Positions 39,386 through 48,837 of a DNA stretch of 64,000 nt are shown here, piece by piece. The stretch comes from Candidatus Latescibacterota bacterium (GTDB lineage Bacteria; Latescibacterota; UBA2968; UBA8231). How positions within the stretch are numbered: position 1 is the stretch's first letter; the number at the start of each line of letters is the position of its first letter. The translations under genes and the position numbers were made by a program. The stretch covers positions 2,144,001 through 2,208,000 of the forward strand of contig OZ253462.1 in assembly GCA_965261395.1 (NCBI GenBank), in the 5' to 3' direction. The notes below the pieces were generated by a model. It saw only the letters and a list, made by a program, of their open reading frames with translations, did no database searches and was not told the DNA's origin.

Positions 39386-40171
39386 ATGCTACTGACGACC
39401 GACGAAATGCGCTTCTTCAAGCGCAACGGCTACCTCATCAAGCGAGGCGTGCTCGACCCCGCGCTCATGGAGCGCGCCCGCGCCCGGCTGTGGGACGGTG
39501 CCCCTCCGGGCCGCACTCGCCAAGACCCCGACACTTGGGTTGGCCCCTTCCGCGAAGACGAAGAAAACCTCGACGGAGCCAACCACCGCCGAGGCTTCCG
39601 CTGGAACTTCCGCGAGCCGGGCGACGAGGAGTGGATGGTGCGCCTGCTCGCTACCGACCCCAAGGTGTGGGCCATGGCCGAACAAATGCTCGGCAAAGGC
39701 CAGCTCGTCCAGCCCGAGCGCATCCGCGGCATCTACTGCACCTTGCCCTACGGCGACCACCCGCCCCAAACCCTAGGCTGCCACACCGACGGCCATCCCT
39801 TCCACCTCGGCGCGGTCGGCTACATCGACGACGTGCCACCCAACGGCGGCAGCTTCATGGTCTGGCCCGAAAGCCATCGCGCCTTCTACCCGACCTTCAC
39901 CTCGCAGTACCTCCGCGACCAAAACGAAGCTGCCTACGAAAAAGTGCGCACCGCATTCAACCAGCGCACCCCCGTCGATACCCACGGCCAAGCCGGCGAC
40001 ATCGTCTTCTGGCACCACCGCCTCGGCCACATGGCTAGCCCGAACACCTCGCGCCAATTGCGCCAAGCCGTGCTCTACGATTTTCTCAAGCAGGATATCG
40101 AACAAACCCAACAGGAGCCGCCGCAAAAGGACATGTGGCGCGACTGGTCGGACGAGATGCGCGCCATCTAG
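39386..40171 (+). CDS. PhyH-family dioxygenase
   Basis: FFKRNGY, CHTD, GGSFMVWPESH, GDIVFWHHRLGH; GGAGG RBS. Confidence 0.85.
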   Translation: MLLTTDEMRFFKRNGYLIKRGVLDPALMERARARLWDGAPPGRTRQDPDTWVGPFREDEENLDGANHRRGFRWNFREPGDEEWMVRLLATDPKVWAMAEQMLGKGQLVQPERIRGIYCTLPYGDHPPQTLGCHTDGHPFHLGAVGYIDDVPPNGGSFMVWPESHRAFYPTFTSQYLRDQNEAAYEKVRTAFNQRTPVDTHGQAGDIVFWHHRLGHMASPNTSRQLRQAVLYDFLKQDIEQTQQEPPQKDMWRDWSDEMRAI

Positions 40172-41055
40172 CCGGCAAACGCATCCGAGGGTACGCCGCG
40201 CACCCCGAGATTGACTCGTACCAGCGACCCAGCCAAAGGCTGAGCCTGCCGCGCCTCGTCATCCAAACCCCGGCAAGCCGAAGTGATGTAGAGCTGGTCC
40301 AAGCCCGCCCCGCCAAAGGCGCAGGACGTCACATTGGACATGGGCAGTTCCAAGTGGCGCAGCAACTCCCCAGAGCGAGGGTCGTAACACAGGACGCACC
40401 ACCCTCCGAACACGGCGATCCACAAGGCGTCTGCCTCGTCGATGGCCATGCCGTCTAACACCCCCGGCCCCCCGTATTCCACCACCACGCGCTCGTTGCT
40501 GATGGCCCCGCTGTCGCGGCAGTAGTCGTATGCACGCACATTGTTCAAGCCAGAGTCAATGAAGTACATGGTCTGCTGGTCGGCGCTCCAGACGATGCCG
40601 TTGGATATGCTGACCGGCGCGACCTTCTGGCTCACCGAGTGATCTACGTCGAGACAGTAGAGCGCACCTTGGTCCCGGGCACCCCCAAACTCCATCGTCC
40701 CTGCCCACAACCGCCCAGCCGGGTCGCACTTGCCGTCGTTGAATCGGTTGGCCGGGAGGTCGCGCTCCGGGTCCTCGCCGAGAGGCACCATGCGCTCCGT
40801 CCGCAAGTCGATGTGGGCAAAGCCGTTGTGCAAAGCCACGACGAGGCCGCCGCTCTGCCGCTTGACCACCGTGCCCACAGCTTGGCACGTGGGAATGGTG
40901 CGGTTGATTCCGCTCACCGGATCGTACACATAGACCTCGTGACCGAGAATATCGACCCAGTACAACAACTCGTCATCCGCGTCCCACACGGCCCCTTCGC
41001 CGATGAGCGCATCCTTTTCCACGACTAGGTCGGGTGCTATCTTTTCTCTGTTCAT
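40168..41055 (-). CDS. SMP-30/gluconolactonase family protein
   Basis: GEG.VWD, RFNDGKCDP.GR, SNGI.WS, DGMAID, TSCAFGG. Confidence 0.93.
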   Translation of the reverse strand: MNREKIAPDLVVEKDALIGEGAVWDADDELLYWVDILGHEVYVYDPVSGINRTIPTCQAVGTVVKRQSGGLVVALHNGFAHIDLRTERMVPLGEDPERDLPANRFNDGKCDPAGRLWAGTMEFGGARDQGALYCLDVDHSVSQKVAPVSISNGIVWSADQQTMYFIDSGLNNVRAYDYCRDSGAISNERVVVEYGGPGVLDGMAIDEADALWIAVFGGWCVLCYDPRSGELLRHLELPMSNVTSCAFGGAGLDQLYITSACRGLDDEARQAQPLAGSLVRVNLGVRGVPSDAFAG

Positions 41056-41133
41056 TTCGGATTTCCTCCTTTTGGGGCAACACTAGGTTGCCTGCCTTCC
41101 TCTGTCAAACGCGCCGCTCAGGAGCACAACGCC

Positions 41134-42129
41134 ATGACCGCTTTCACCTATCAAGACTTCGACCGCCAGCTCTGGGATCAAGAACTCGAAGACTTCGTCC
41201 CCACCACGGTTTACGACATGCACACGCACCTGTGGTCTGAGGACCACCGAGGCTCCTTGACGGGCGCGCCTACCGGCCTGCGCGAGGAGATCGACTACCG
41301 CGATCACCTCGACTGGGCGGCTAAACTCTACCCAGGCCGCGCCTTCCACATGCTGGCCTTGGGCACCCCGATACCGGGCATGGATGCCGCAGGGCACAAC
41401 GCCTGGATGGCGGCCCAGCTTGCCGCCGACCCCGAATCCGCGATCAACATGATGGTCACCCCGGATATGACGCCCGAATACGTGGCGGCCCAAGTCGATG
41501 AATATGGATTCCTCGGGCTCAAACCCTACCGCACCTTTGCCCCAGACCCAGCCGGTGCCCGCATCTGCGACTTCCTCCCGGAATCCCTCATCGAACTCGC
41601 CCACCACAAGAAGCTGGCCATCACCATGCACCTCGCCAAACCCACCGGCCCAGCCGACCCAGAAAACCAACGCGACTTAACGCGCTACACCCGCGAATAC
41701 CCCAACGCGCAGTGGATTTTGGCCCACTGCGCCCGCTCGTTCAATTCCTTTATGATGGAAGAGGCCGTCCACTTCCTGTGCGATCTGCCCAATATATGGT
41801 ACGACACCTCAGCGGTGAACGACCTGTATTCTCACTATTTGCTGATGAAACACGAGGACCGCAAGCGGGTGATGTTCGGGTCGGACAACGTGGTCGCTGG
41901 CTGTGCGCGCGGCAAGTACATCACCTATGGTCGCGCCTGGCTGTTCTATCCTGGGGACGATTCCGGCACGCCGCACTGCGACTCGCGGGCCACGCTCGTC
42001 ATCTACGAACAACTGCGCCAAGAGCGGCAAGTGGCCGAGATGCTGCAACTAACGCCCGCGGAAATCGAAGATCACTTTGCCGGGAATGCGCAGCGGTTTT
42101 TGGCGATGATGCGCGGACAGACTGCGTAG
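41134..42129 (+). CDS. Amidohydrolase_2 family metal-dependent hydrolase
   Basis: DMHTH, LAHCAR, YDTS, MFGSD, GNAQR. Confidence 0.88.
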   Translation: MTAFTYQDFDRQLWDQELEDFVPTTVYDMHTHLWSEDHRGSLTGAPTGLREEIDYRDHLDWAAKLYPGRAFHMLALGTPIPGMDAAGHNAWMAAQLAADPESAINMMVTPDMTPEYVAAQVDEYGFLGLKPYRTFAPDPAGARICDFLPESLIELAHHKKLAITMHLAKPTGPADPENQRDLTRYTREYPNAQWILAHCARSFNSFMMEEAVHFLCDLPNIWYDTSAVNDLYSHYLLMKHEDRKRVMFGSDNVVAGCARGKYITYGRAWLFYPGDDSGTPHCDSRATLVIYEQLRQERQVAEMLQLTPAEIEDHFAGNAQRFLAMMRGQTA

Positions 42130-42136
42130 CGTTCGT
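42055..42136. repeat. Direct repeat A, left copy (3' end of the amidohydrolase gene)
   Basis: 82 bp, 6 mismatches to 44469..44550 by manual alignment. Confidence 0.93.
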
Positions 42137-42194
42137 CAATGTGCTTCTTGAAGCACAGGTGCTTATACTTTAGATATCCATCTGGAGACCGGGA

Positions 42195-42440
42195 GTGAAT
42201 CAACAAAAGCGCAATGAGCGCAAATTCAAAAACTGGACTGATTTACAAGATGGTGGACGACAATACTGGTACGATGTCCCCGGTCGTCAGGGATGGAAGG
42301 CACGCTATGTAAAGGAAGTAAACGAGAGCGAAGAGACGGTACGATTCTACCAGCAAATCTACGACCAAGATGGACAGTTGGTAGAAGTACATCAGAAGTA
42401 TCCAGAAGATACCGGGCACCAACTCGTTGGAAAGGAGTAA
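42195..42440 (+). CDS. Small hypothetical protein, possible toxin of a TA-like pair
   Basis: 81 aa, tightly coupled to the next ORF; function inferred from size and context only. Confidence 0.65.
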   Translation: MNQQKRNERKFKNWTDLQDGGRQYWYDVPGRQGWKARYVKEVNESEETVRFYQQIYDQDGQLVEVHQKYPEDTGHQLVGKE

Positions 42441-42443
42441 GCC

Positions 42444-43181
42444 ATGGAACTCATCACGTCTGAAGTGCTCGCAGACAAAATAAGGACCTACTTACAGCAC
42501 CGATCGTCCCTCGCAGAGTTGGTAGAATGGGCAGAAAACGCGATGATGGACGGCGAGTTTGAGGAAACGAATGACTATGCGATCCGCGATATTACGGGTC
42601 GCTTAGGCGTTGCAGACGTAAAGACATTTAGCTTGAGCAAGGAAGATTTCGAGCAGTTTCTTTCGCAGTTGGAGCATACAGTACGGAAAGAGAACGGGAA
42701 CATGGCTATTCCGAATGGTTTATTGAAGTGGGACATCCCCCAGTTATCGGAAGCACTGCAAATTCCGCAAGACGATGTGCATGATTACTTCACCGATGGC
42801 CGCCGAGTATCCTTTCTACTCGAGCGACGCATAGCTTACCAAGTGCTCAAGGGCTCGCTAGCCAGTAGCGAAGGAGCGGGCTATGACGTACTGGATTCCA
42901 CAGGCCACAAATGGGAAGTCCGCAGTGTGTCCAGAAATGGTATCTATTTTTGTCCCAGCTATATGGTTGGATCAGGAAGGCGCTTTGAAGAGAATGGTTT
43001 TCTACAGAAATTAGACGAGATCGCCGGCTATATTGTCTCTGACATCGAATGTTTCCCCTCCGTACCGTACTGGCAAATTCAGGCGGACACGGTACGAGCT
43101 TGGTGGCTTCATGGGCAGCTTGGTGCAGCGTCGAGGATAAGCCGCGCCAAGGCTCTAGCCTTACTCAGGAGTATATCGTGA
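42444..43181 (+). CDS. Small helical domain fused to a putative restriction endonuclease
   Basis: C-terminal part from internal ATG 42702 has E..YD..KWEVRS, a PD-(D/E)xK-like pattern; stop overlaps the MTase start. Confidence 0.6.
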   Translation: MELITSEVLADKIRTYLQHRSSLAELVEWAENAMMDGEFEETNDYAIRDITGRLGVADVKTFSLSKEDFEQFLSQLEHTVRKENGNMAIPNGLLKWDIPQLSEALQIPQDDVHDYFTDGRRVSFLLERRIAYQVLKGSLASSEGAGYDVLDSTGHKWEVRSVSRNGIYFCPSYMVGSGRRFEENGFLQKLDEIAGYIVSDIECFPSVPYWQIQADTVRAWWLHGQLGAASRISRAKALALLRSIS

Positions 43182-44443
43182 CTACACCCCAACTCGAATT
43201 ATTCCCCCCTGAGCCTCCTCGACTACGGCCTCTAAACGCCAAGGAATTCGCCGACGAAATCCAAGCCTTTGCGGATTTTGGCAAAGAGACGAACATCCTC
43301 GACTTTCCCGATCCCGCCATTTCCATTCCGGTGTACGTCAACGAGTTCTGGACCTCCAAGCAGCGCGCCGCCCACTCGCTCCACGAGGTCTCCTATCGCG
43401 CCTGTTTCAAGCCGCAATTGCCGAGGTTTTTCATTAGCCGCCTGACGCAACCCGGCGACGCGGTGTACGACCCGTTCATGGGGCGCGGCACCACTGTCCT
43501 CGAAGCGGCGCTGTTGGGCCGCCGCCCCATCGGCTGCGACATAAATCCTCTCAGCGAGCACCTAGTCCGCCCTCGCCTAGATCCACCCGCATGGAACGAG
43601 GTAGAGACGCGCTTAATGGCGCTGGACCTCGATAAATCGAGCGAGGTCTGGGACGATCTCCTTGTTTTTTATCATCCTAATACTCTCCACCAAATCGCCA
43701 ACCTGCGCTCCTACCTCCTCACGCGCCGCCAAGAGGGGACCCTAGATCGCGCCGATGCGTGGATTCAGATGGTGGCGACCAACCGCCTGACCGGGCACTC
43801 GCCGGGATTTTTCTCCGTATATACGCTGCCGCCTAATCAGGCGGTGTCCATCGAGTCGCAAAAACGCATCAACCAAAAACGCGCTCAAGTGCCGCCTGAA
43901 CGCGACATAAAGGCCATCATCCTCCGCAAGACGCGATCCTTACTGAGCAAGCTGCAAGCACACGATCTGGAAACGCTGACGGCGAATATCCCCCTGCTTA
44001 TAACCGGCTCGTCTGACAATACCTCCGCCATCGTCAGTGAATCCATCCAACTGGCCGTTACCTCGCCGCCCTTTTTGGACATTGTCAACTACCAAGCAGA
44101 CAACTGGCTGCGCTGCTGGTTTAACGGCATCGACGCCAAGGAGGTGGCTATATGGCAATTGAAAAAACCAGCGGAGTGGCAAGCAGCGATGACCCGTACC
44201 TTCCGAGAGTTGCATCGGGTCCTCGCAAGCGGGGGCTTTGTTGCCTTTGAGGTGGGCGAGGTCCGCAATGGCAAAATCCTACTGGAAACCCTCGTCGTGC
44301 CCGCGGCCATGGAGGCTGGCCTCAAGCCGCTGATGGTTTTGGTCAACGATCAGATGTTCACCAAAACCGCAAACTGCTGGGGCGTGGACAACCGCACAAA
44401 AGGCACCAACACCAATCGGATCGTCCTGATCGGTAAGCCGTAG
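43178..44443 (+). CDS. N4/N6 site-specific DNA methyltransferase
   Basis: DPFMGRGTT (motif I) then TSPPF (motif IV); GTG start with AGGAG. Confidence 0.9.
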   Translation: MTTPQLELFPPEPPRLRPLNAKEFADEIQAFADFGKETNILDFPDPAISIPVYVNEFWTSKQRAAHSLHEVSYRACFKPQLPRFFISRLTQPGDAVYDPFMGRGTTVLEAALLGRRPIGCDINPLSEHLVRPRLDPPAWNEVETRLMALDLDKSSEVWDDLLVFYHPNTLHQIANLRSYLLTRRQEGTLDRADAWIQMVATNRLTGHSPGFFSVYTLPPNQAVSIESQKRINQKRAQVPPERDIKAIILRKTRSLLSKLQAHDLETLTANIPLLITGSSDNTSAIVSESIQLAVTSPPFLDIVNYQADNWLRCWFNGIDAKEVAIWQLKKPAEWQAAMTRTFRELHRVLASGGFVAFEVGEVRNGKILLETLVVPAAMEAGLKPLMVLVNDQMFTKTANCWGVDNRTKGTNTNRIVLIGKP

Positions 44444-44468
44444 AGGAATTGCCCTAGCCCCCCATCCA

Positions 44469-44550
44469 CCCACGGAAGTCGAAGATCACTTTGCCGGGAA
44501 TGCCCAGCGGTTTTTGGCGATGATGCGCGGACCGGCTGCGTAGCGTCCGT
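44469..44550. repeat. Direct repeat A, right copy (orphan amidohydrolase 3' end)
   Basis: Encodes EVEDHFAGNAQRFLAMMRGPAA*. Confidence 0.93.
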
Positions 44551-45578
44551 TACCCTCTCGGCAGTGGCAGTTCCACCTTCGTACTACCCTCGGCCTGTGA
44601 CCGCAGCGCGGCTACCATGATTTCCAGCACGTGCCGGCCACGCACCGCCGGCGACGAACTGGACGCGTCGCCCTGTATCGCCTGCGCCAGCTCCTGCACA
44701 GCCGGAATCAGATTCGCGCCAAAAGGACTGGCATACCCGCGGCCCGGCGGCGGCGACACGGCCTCGGGCGTCCCCTCAGGAGCATCGGTCTTCCAAGCCA
44801 TGCACTGCTGATCGGTCATCCAGAAGCGACCATCCGTGCCCTGTAGGTCTAGCTCGAACATCTGCGGCGTCCGCTTGGCGCAATTGATCAGCCCGCGCAC
44901 CCCATTGGCAAACTCCACGATGATCGTCGATCCGGGATCGAATTGCGGATCTTTGCCGCCTCGACCGTCGTACACCGGGCCGTAGTTTTCAAACCCGCGC
45001 TCGTGCGCGGCGATCACCCACACTGGCTCAGCGTCCGCAAAAAAGCAGACCGCATCCACCAAGTGCGTCCCATTGCGAAAGAGCATGGCGCGCCGACCTC
45101 CGAGATGCGCCACAATCCTAGTCAGGCTGCCGATCTCGCCGTTGCGGATGGCCGTGCGCACGGCCTGATAGGAAGGTAGCCAACTGCGCGTGTGATCCAC
45201 CGACAACACCGCGTTGTGGCGAGCGAGCGCGTCGATGATGCGGTCGGCGTCCTCCGCCGTGGTCGCCAGCGGCTTCTCGCAAAAAATGCCGCGTACGCCC
45301 GCGGCCACTGCATCGCAGACTGGGCCGACATGGAGGTGATCCGGGGTGGCCACGCTCACCACGTCGAGGCGTTCCCGTTCCAACATCGCGCGGTAATCCG
45401 CGTATTCGGCGACGGATCCTCGCTCGATCTCGGCCCGCTCGTAAAAGCGCGCCAGCACCTCCGGGTTTATGTCGCAGACCGCCACGAATTCGTATTCCGG
45501 GGCGCGGGCGTATGCATATCCATGACCCCCACCCACTCCAGCGCCAATAACGGCTGCGCGCAATTTGCCTTCAGACAT
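44550..45578 (-). CDS. Gfo/Idh/MocA oxidoreductase
   Basis: VIGAG, VATPDHLH, CEKP, GTHLVD. Confidence 0.92.
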   Translation of the reverse strand: MSEGKLRAAVIGAGVGGGHGYAYARAPEYEFVAVCDINPEVLARFYERAEIERGSVAEYADYRAMLERERLDVVSVATPDHLHVGPVCDAVAAGVRGIFCEKPLATTAEDADRIIDALARHNAVLSVDHTRSWLPSYQAVRTAIRNGEIGSLTRIVAHLGGRRAMLFRNGTHLVDAVCFFADAEPVWVIAAHERGFENYGPVYDGRGGKDPQFDPGSTIIVEFANGVRGLINCAKRTPQMFELDLQGTDGRFWMTDQQCMAWKTDAPEGTPEAVSPPPGRGYASPFGANLIPAVQELAQAIQGDASSSSPAVRGRHVLEIMVAALRSQAEGSTKVELPLPRG

Positions 45579-45698
45579 CTCTCGTTCCTTTCTCAAGTTG
45601 TCATGCGCCCGCGCACAAAAGCCGCTGACGCCGCCACCTGCTCCTCTTCGAGACTGTGCAATATCAACGACCCGTCAAAGCCGATCTGCCGCAAGAGC
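45570..45698. repeat. Direct repeat B, orphan copy (isomerase 3' end, RBS and Gfo start)
   Basis: 129 bp, 1 mismatch to 47883..48011. Confidence 0.95.
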
Positions 45699-45811
45699 AC
45701 TTTCGTATCACTAGGTAAGCTGATCAGGATTCGTTACGGCACTCATCATGTTGCTCTTCCTCCGTCTTCGTAAGGACTTGAGGCGACATCTCCAGCATCA
45801 TGTTTCTTCCC

Positions 45812-46579
45812 CTACTTGAACCGATTGGGACACTCCACCTGAAGCGGGGCGGGGCCGCGCCGCCCATATAGCCGCCGCCGCGGTAGTTCGATACCGCCTT
45901 TTATCAAACCAGCCCAGACCGGCGTTTGTTCGTGACCAGTGCGGCTTGCCTCTGCGCGAACCTGTTTTGTGACCTCCTCCATCAGGACGCCAATGTCTGT
46001 CCAGTTAGGTCCGTCTTGGAGCACGCGCAGTATGGCCGCGGTAAAGAGGCCATGCTGTCCGAGTTCCAAGGCCTCTTGATCGTCCTTAGCTGCTGCAAGC
46101 ACGATTCGACCGGCACCGCCAAGATCGGTAACGCCAAGTACTCCACTACGCACGACGGGTAGCCCCTCGACAACACGAGCCGGCGCACCACCGCTGAAAC
46201 AACAGTCGAGAATGACCAAGCTAGCCCGCGCCGCCGTTCTCTTGAGGCGATAAGCGAGCTCTTGCATCAGGATTGTTGTCTGATCAACTGCATTCAGATC
46301 CGCATCGAACGGAACAAGCTGGTGGCCTGGAGTTCCGTGACCCGCGAAGAATACGATGCCCGTATCGTCTTGAGCCGCATCGCCGAGGGCCGAGTCAAGG
46401 GATTTACGAATCGAATCGACCGTCGCCTCATCATCGAGAAGCCTCTTGTCGGCGATGCCCTCGACGGAGTCTTTGAAGAGAGCCCAGAGAGCGATGGCGT
46501 CCTTGGTGGCACCGGTGAGTTCGTGGATTCGGGGGTCTCTGTATTTGTTGATTCCGATGAAAACGGCTCGAAGTGCCAT
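45812..46579 (-). CDS. Caspase-like (peptidase C14) domain protein, probably truncated
   Basis: IGINKY, FAGHG, ILDCCFSG, HGLFT, QTP; degenerate tail after GGIELP. Confidence 0.85.
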   Translation of the reverse strand: MALRAVFIGINKYRDPRIHELTGATKDAIALWALFKDSVEGIADKRLLDDEATVDSIRKSLDSALGDAAQDDTGIVFFAGHGTPGHQLVPFDADLNAVDQTTILMQELAYRLKRTAARASLVILDCCFSGGAPARVVEGLPVVRSGVLGVTDLGGAGRIVLAAAKDDQEALELGQHGLFTAAILRVLQDGPNWTDIGVLMEEVTKQVRAEASRTGHEQTPVWAGLIKGGIELPRRRLYGRRGPAPLQVECPNRFK

Positions 46580-46643
46580 ATCCTATTCAATCCTCAATCC
46601 ATGTTGTTGCCGAGAACACTCTCGTAGCCAACCAAGTAGGTCG

Positions 46644-47825
46644 TCATGCCTCTTCCGACAAGGCGGCGAATGCCTCATGGTCAACAGTTAGCACTTTGAG
46701 AGTTTGCTTGTGAACACCGATGTCGTGCTCGATCAGGAGATCAATTAGCTTTTCGCCGTCAATGAGTGTGATCGGCGCAGCCCCGCTTTCAAACGCGGCT
46801 TCCTTGGTGCCTTTCGCGAACTGGGAAGTCGCAATGATGGTTCCTCGGACAGCGTTAAACCTGTGAAGTGAGCCACGGAGGGCATCGAGTTCCTTGCGCT
46901 GGATGGTCCGCCGGTGGCGTTTAGCTTGGACGACTTCACGCACTGAAGTAATGCCGAGTTCAATATCGGCAATCACGTCAACGCCCCCGTCACCCGATGC
47001 AGGTGTCACTTCGACATTTTGGTAACCCATCTCCTCAAGGAGACGCTTCACAAGGTGCTCAAAGGCGGAGGCGTCCATGTTGATCAGGAGATCGCGGAGG
47101 CGCTCTCGGACCGACTCCTCTTGTTTCTTGACCAGCGACGGAAGCTCCTGCTGCTCATCATTGCCGAGAACTTCCTCGGTTCTAACCAGTTGGAGATATA
47201 CGAGGCCCGCATCGGTTAATGAGTACATCGCACTCCTGCGATTCACGAAGCCTCGGTCAATGAGATTGTTTAGTCGCCATTGGAGCGTGTTGCGAAAAGT
47301 CGAGCGACTGCCAAATGGAGAAGAATGGCGCTTGAGGTACTCGGTCCATTCTTCGAGTATGCCACTCGCACGTGTCGGCCCGTTGTTGGCCACAAGGGTC
47401 AAGAGCTTAACAAGCCCTTCCTGCTCATCGATGAGGGATTCTGTCTCACCCCGTTCGTGGTTGATGAAGTTTTGGCCGGCTTTGGTTAGGCGAAGATTAC
47501 TATCAGTATCATCTTCAAGCATTTCGTATTTTTGGCTCAGGTGCCAGACACCGGCGGTGTACCTTGGGTTGACAGTCTTACCGCTTTTCGTCCAGATAGC
47601 CCAAGCTAAGTCTTGATCTTCGCCCGAGAGGCGTTCGAGGATCCATGTGTCGGGATCCTTCCAATCGACAGGTTTCTGGGGCGTTCCACGCAGTTCGCTA
47701 ATCGTAGCCTGCAATCTGGTGATCTGTTTTTTGGGCCGCCCAGACCAGACCTGAAGGAGATGGCGAACTTTACGGTACATCGGAAACCACGGTACGCGGA
47801 CACGCTGCTTCGTCTCGTCAGTCAT
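46644..47825 (-). CDS. mrr: Mrr-family restriction endonuclease with an extended N-terminal region
   Basis: FEHLV..LL..MGY, GDGGVDV, VQAKR, ITLIDGEKL. Confidence 0.88.
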   Translation of the reverse strand: MTDETKQRVRVPWFPMYRKVRHLLQVWSGRPKKQITRLQATISELRGTPQKPVDWKDPDTWILERLSGEDQDLAWAIWTKSGKTVNPRYTAGVWHLSQKYEMLEDDTDSNLRLTKAGQNFINHERGETESLIDEQEGLVKLLTLVANNGPTRASGILEEWTEYLKRHSSPFGSRSTFRNTLQWRLNNLIDRGFVNRRSAMYSLTDAGLVYLQLVRTEEVLGNDEQQELPSLVKKQEESVRERLRDLLINMDASAFEHLVKRLLEEMGYQNVEVTPASGDGGVDVIADIELGITSVREVVQAKRHRRTIQRKELDALRGSLHRFNAVRGTIIATSQFAKGTKEAAFESGAAPITLIDGEKLIDLLIEHDIGVHKQTLKVLTVDHEAFAALSEEA

Positions 47826-47882
47826 CTAGATAATTCCGTTTGGAGAGAACGCGGACGGACGCCAATTGGGGGAATAAAATTT

Positions 47883-48011
47883 TTCAGACATCTCTCGTCC
47901 CTTTCTCAAGTTGTCATGCGCCCGCGCACAAAAGCCGCTGACGCCGCCACCTGCTCCTCTTCGAGACTGTGCAATATCAACGACCCGTCAAAGCCGATCT
48001 GCCGCAAGAGC
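47883..48011. repeat. Direct repeat B, in-gene copy
   Basis: Matches 45570..45698. Confidence 0.95.
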
Positions 48012-48730
48012 GCCAAGTAGCGATCGTAGTCGAGCACACCCGTGCCCGCGGCTTGGTGCCCGGCGTCGCCATCCCGCTCCAAGTCCTTGGCGTGGGCCAA
48101 CCGAATTGAATCCCCGAGCAAGTCAAACGCCTCGTCTAAGATCTCGCGCATCCTCGGCAACTGGCCGGCGTGGAACAGGTTGGCTCCGTCGATGACCACC
48201 TGCAAATGCTTGGACCGCACCTCGTCGAGCAAACGCCGCGCCTTCGGCGCCGAATCCACCACATTGTTAACCTCCGGCTCGAACACGAGGGTTGCGCCCT
48301 GCGCCTCGGCGATCGCCACGGCCTCCTCCATGGCCGCGACCATATCGGCCCATGCGGCTGGCGTGCTGTTGTCGGGATGGCCGCCCCACATATAGTCGGG
48401 GTTGCGCGTTCCGGTGGAAAAGGTAATCAACTCCGTCCCCAACTTGCCGCTCGCAGCAGCCAGCGCGGCGAGCCAACCCATCCCGGCGCGACGCTTTTCC
48501 AAGTCGGGATCGATGATATTAAAAGTCCCCGACAGCGCGGCGATCTCAATCCCCCGCGTTGCGTGCGCAGCGCGAATGCGCTCGCAATCGGCGTCTGTCA
48601 GCGCCACTGGATCAATGCCCGCAGCCGTCAAATCGAGCTGAACGGCCTCCAAGCCAGCCGCCTGCACCCCGTCGAGGCTTTCCTCCAGCGTCGGCCGCGC
48701 AAAAACCTTGTGGAAAATCCCTAGCTTCAT
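47906..48730 (-). CDS. Sugar phosphate isomerase/epimerase (xylose-isomerase-like TIM barrel)
   Basis: FEPE, IDGAN, AHAKD, G.G.LDY. Confidence 0.88.
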   Translation of the reverse strand: MKLGIFHKVFARPTLEESLDGVQAAGLEAVQLDLTAAGIDPVALTDADCERIRAAHATRGIEIAALSGTFNIIDPDLEKRRAGMGWLAALAAASGKLGTELITFSTGTRNPDYMWGGHPDNSTPAAWADMVAAMEEAVAIAEAQGATLVFEPEVNNVVDSAPKARRLLDEVRSKHLQVVIDGANLFHAGQLPRMREILDEAFDLLGDSIRLAHAKDLERDGDAGHQAAGTGVLDYDRYLALLRQIGFDGSLILHSLEEEQVAASAAFVRGRMTT

Positions 48731-48837
48731 GTTGCGTCCCTTTCTCTCAGCACCGGCGCATCTTCTGACGTCGCCAGGCGATAACTTCGCGTTCGTGGCG
48801 GTTGCTGCGTTAGGATCTCAATCTCGGCGCAACGAAC

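Noticed and set aside
38377-40038. 553-aa plus-strand ORF
   Set aside because: It overlaps three well-supported PhyH genes and has no recognisable motifs; a GC-rich shadow frame.
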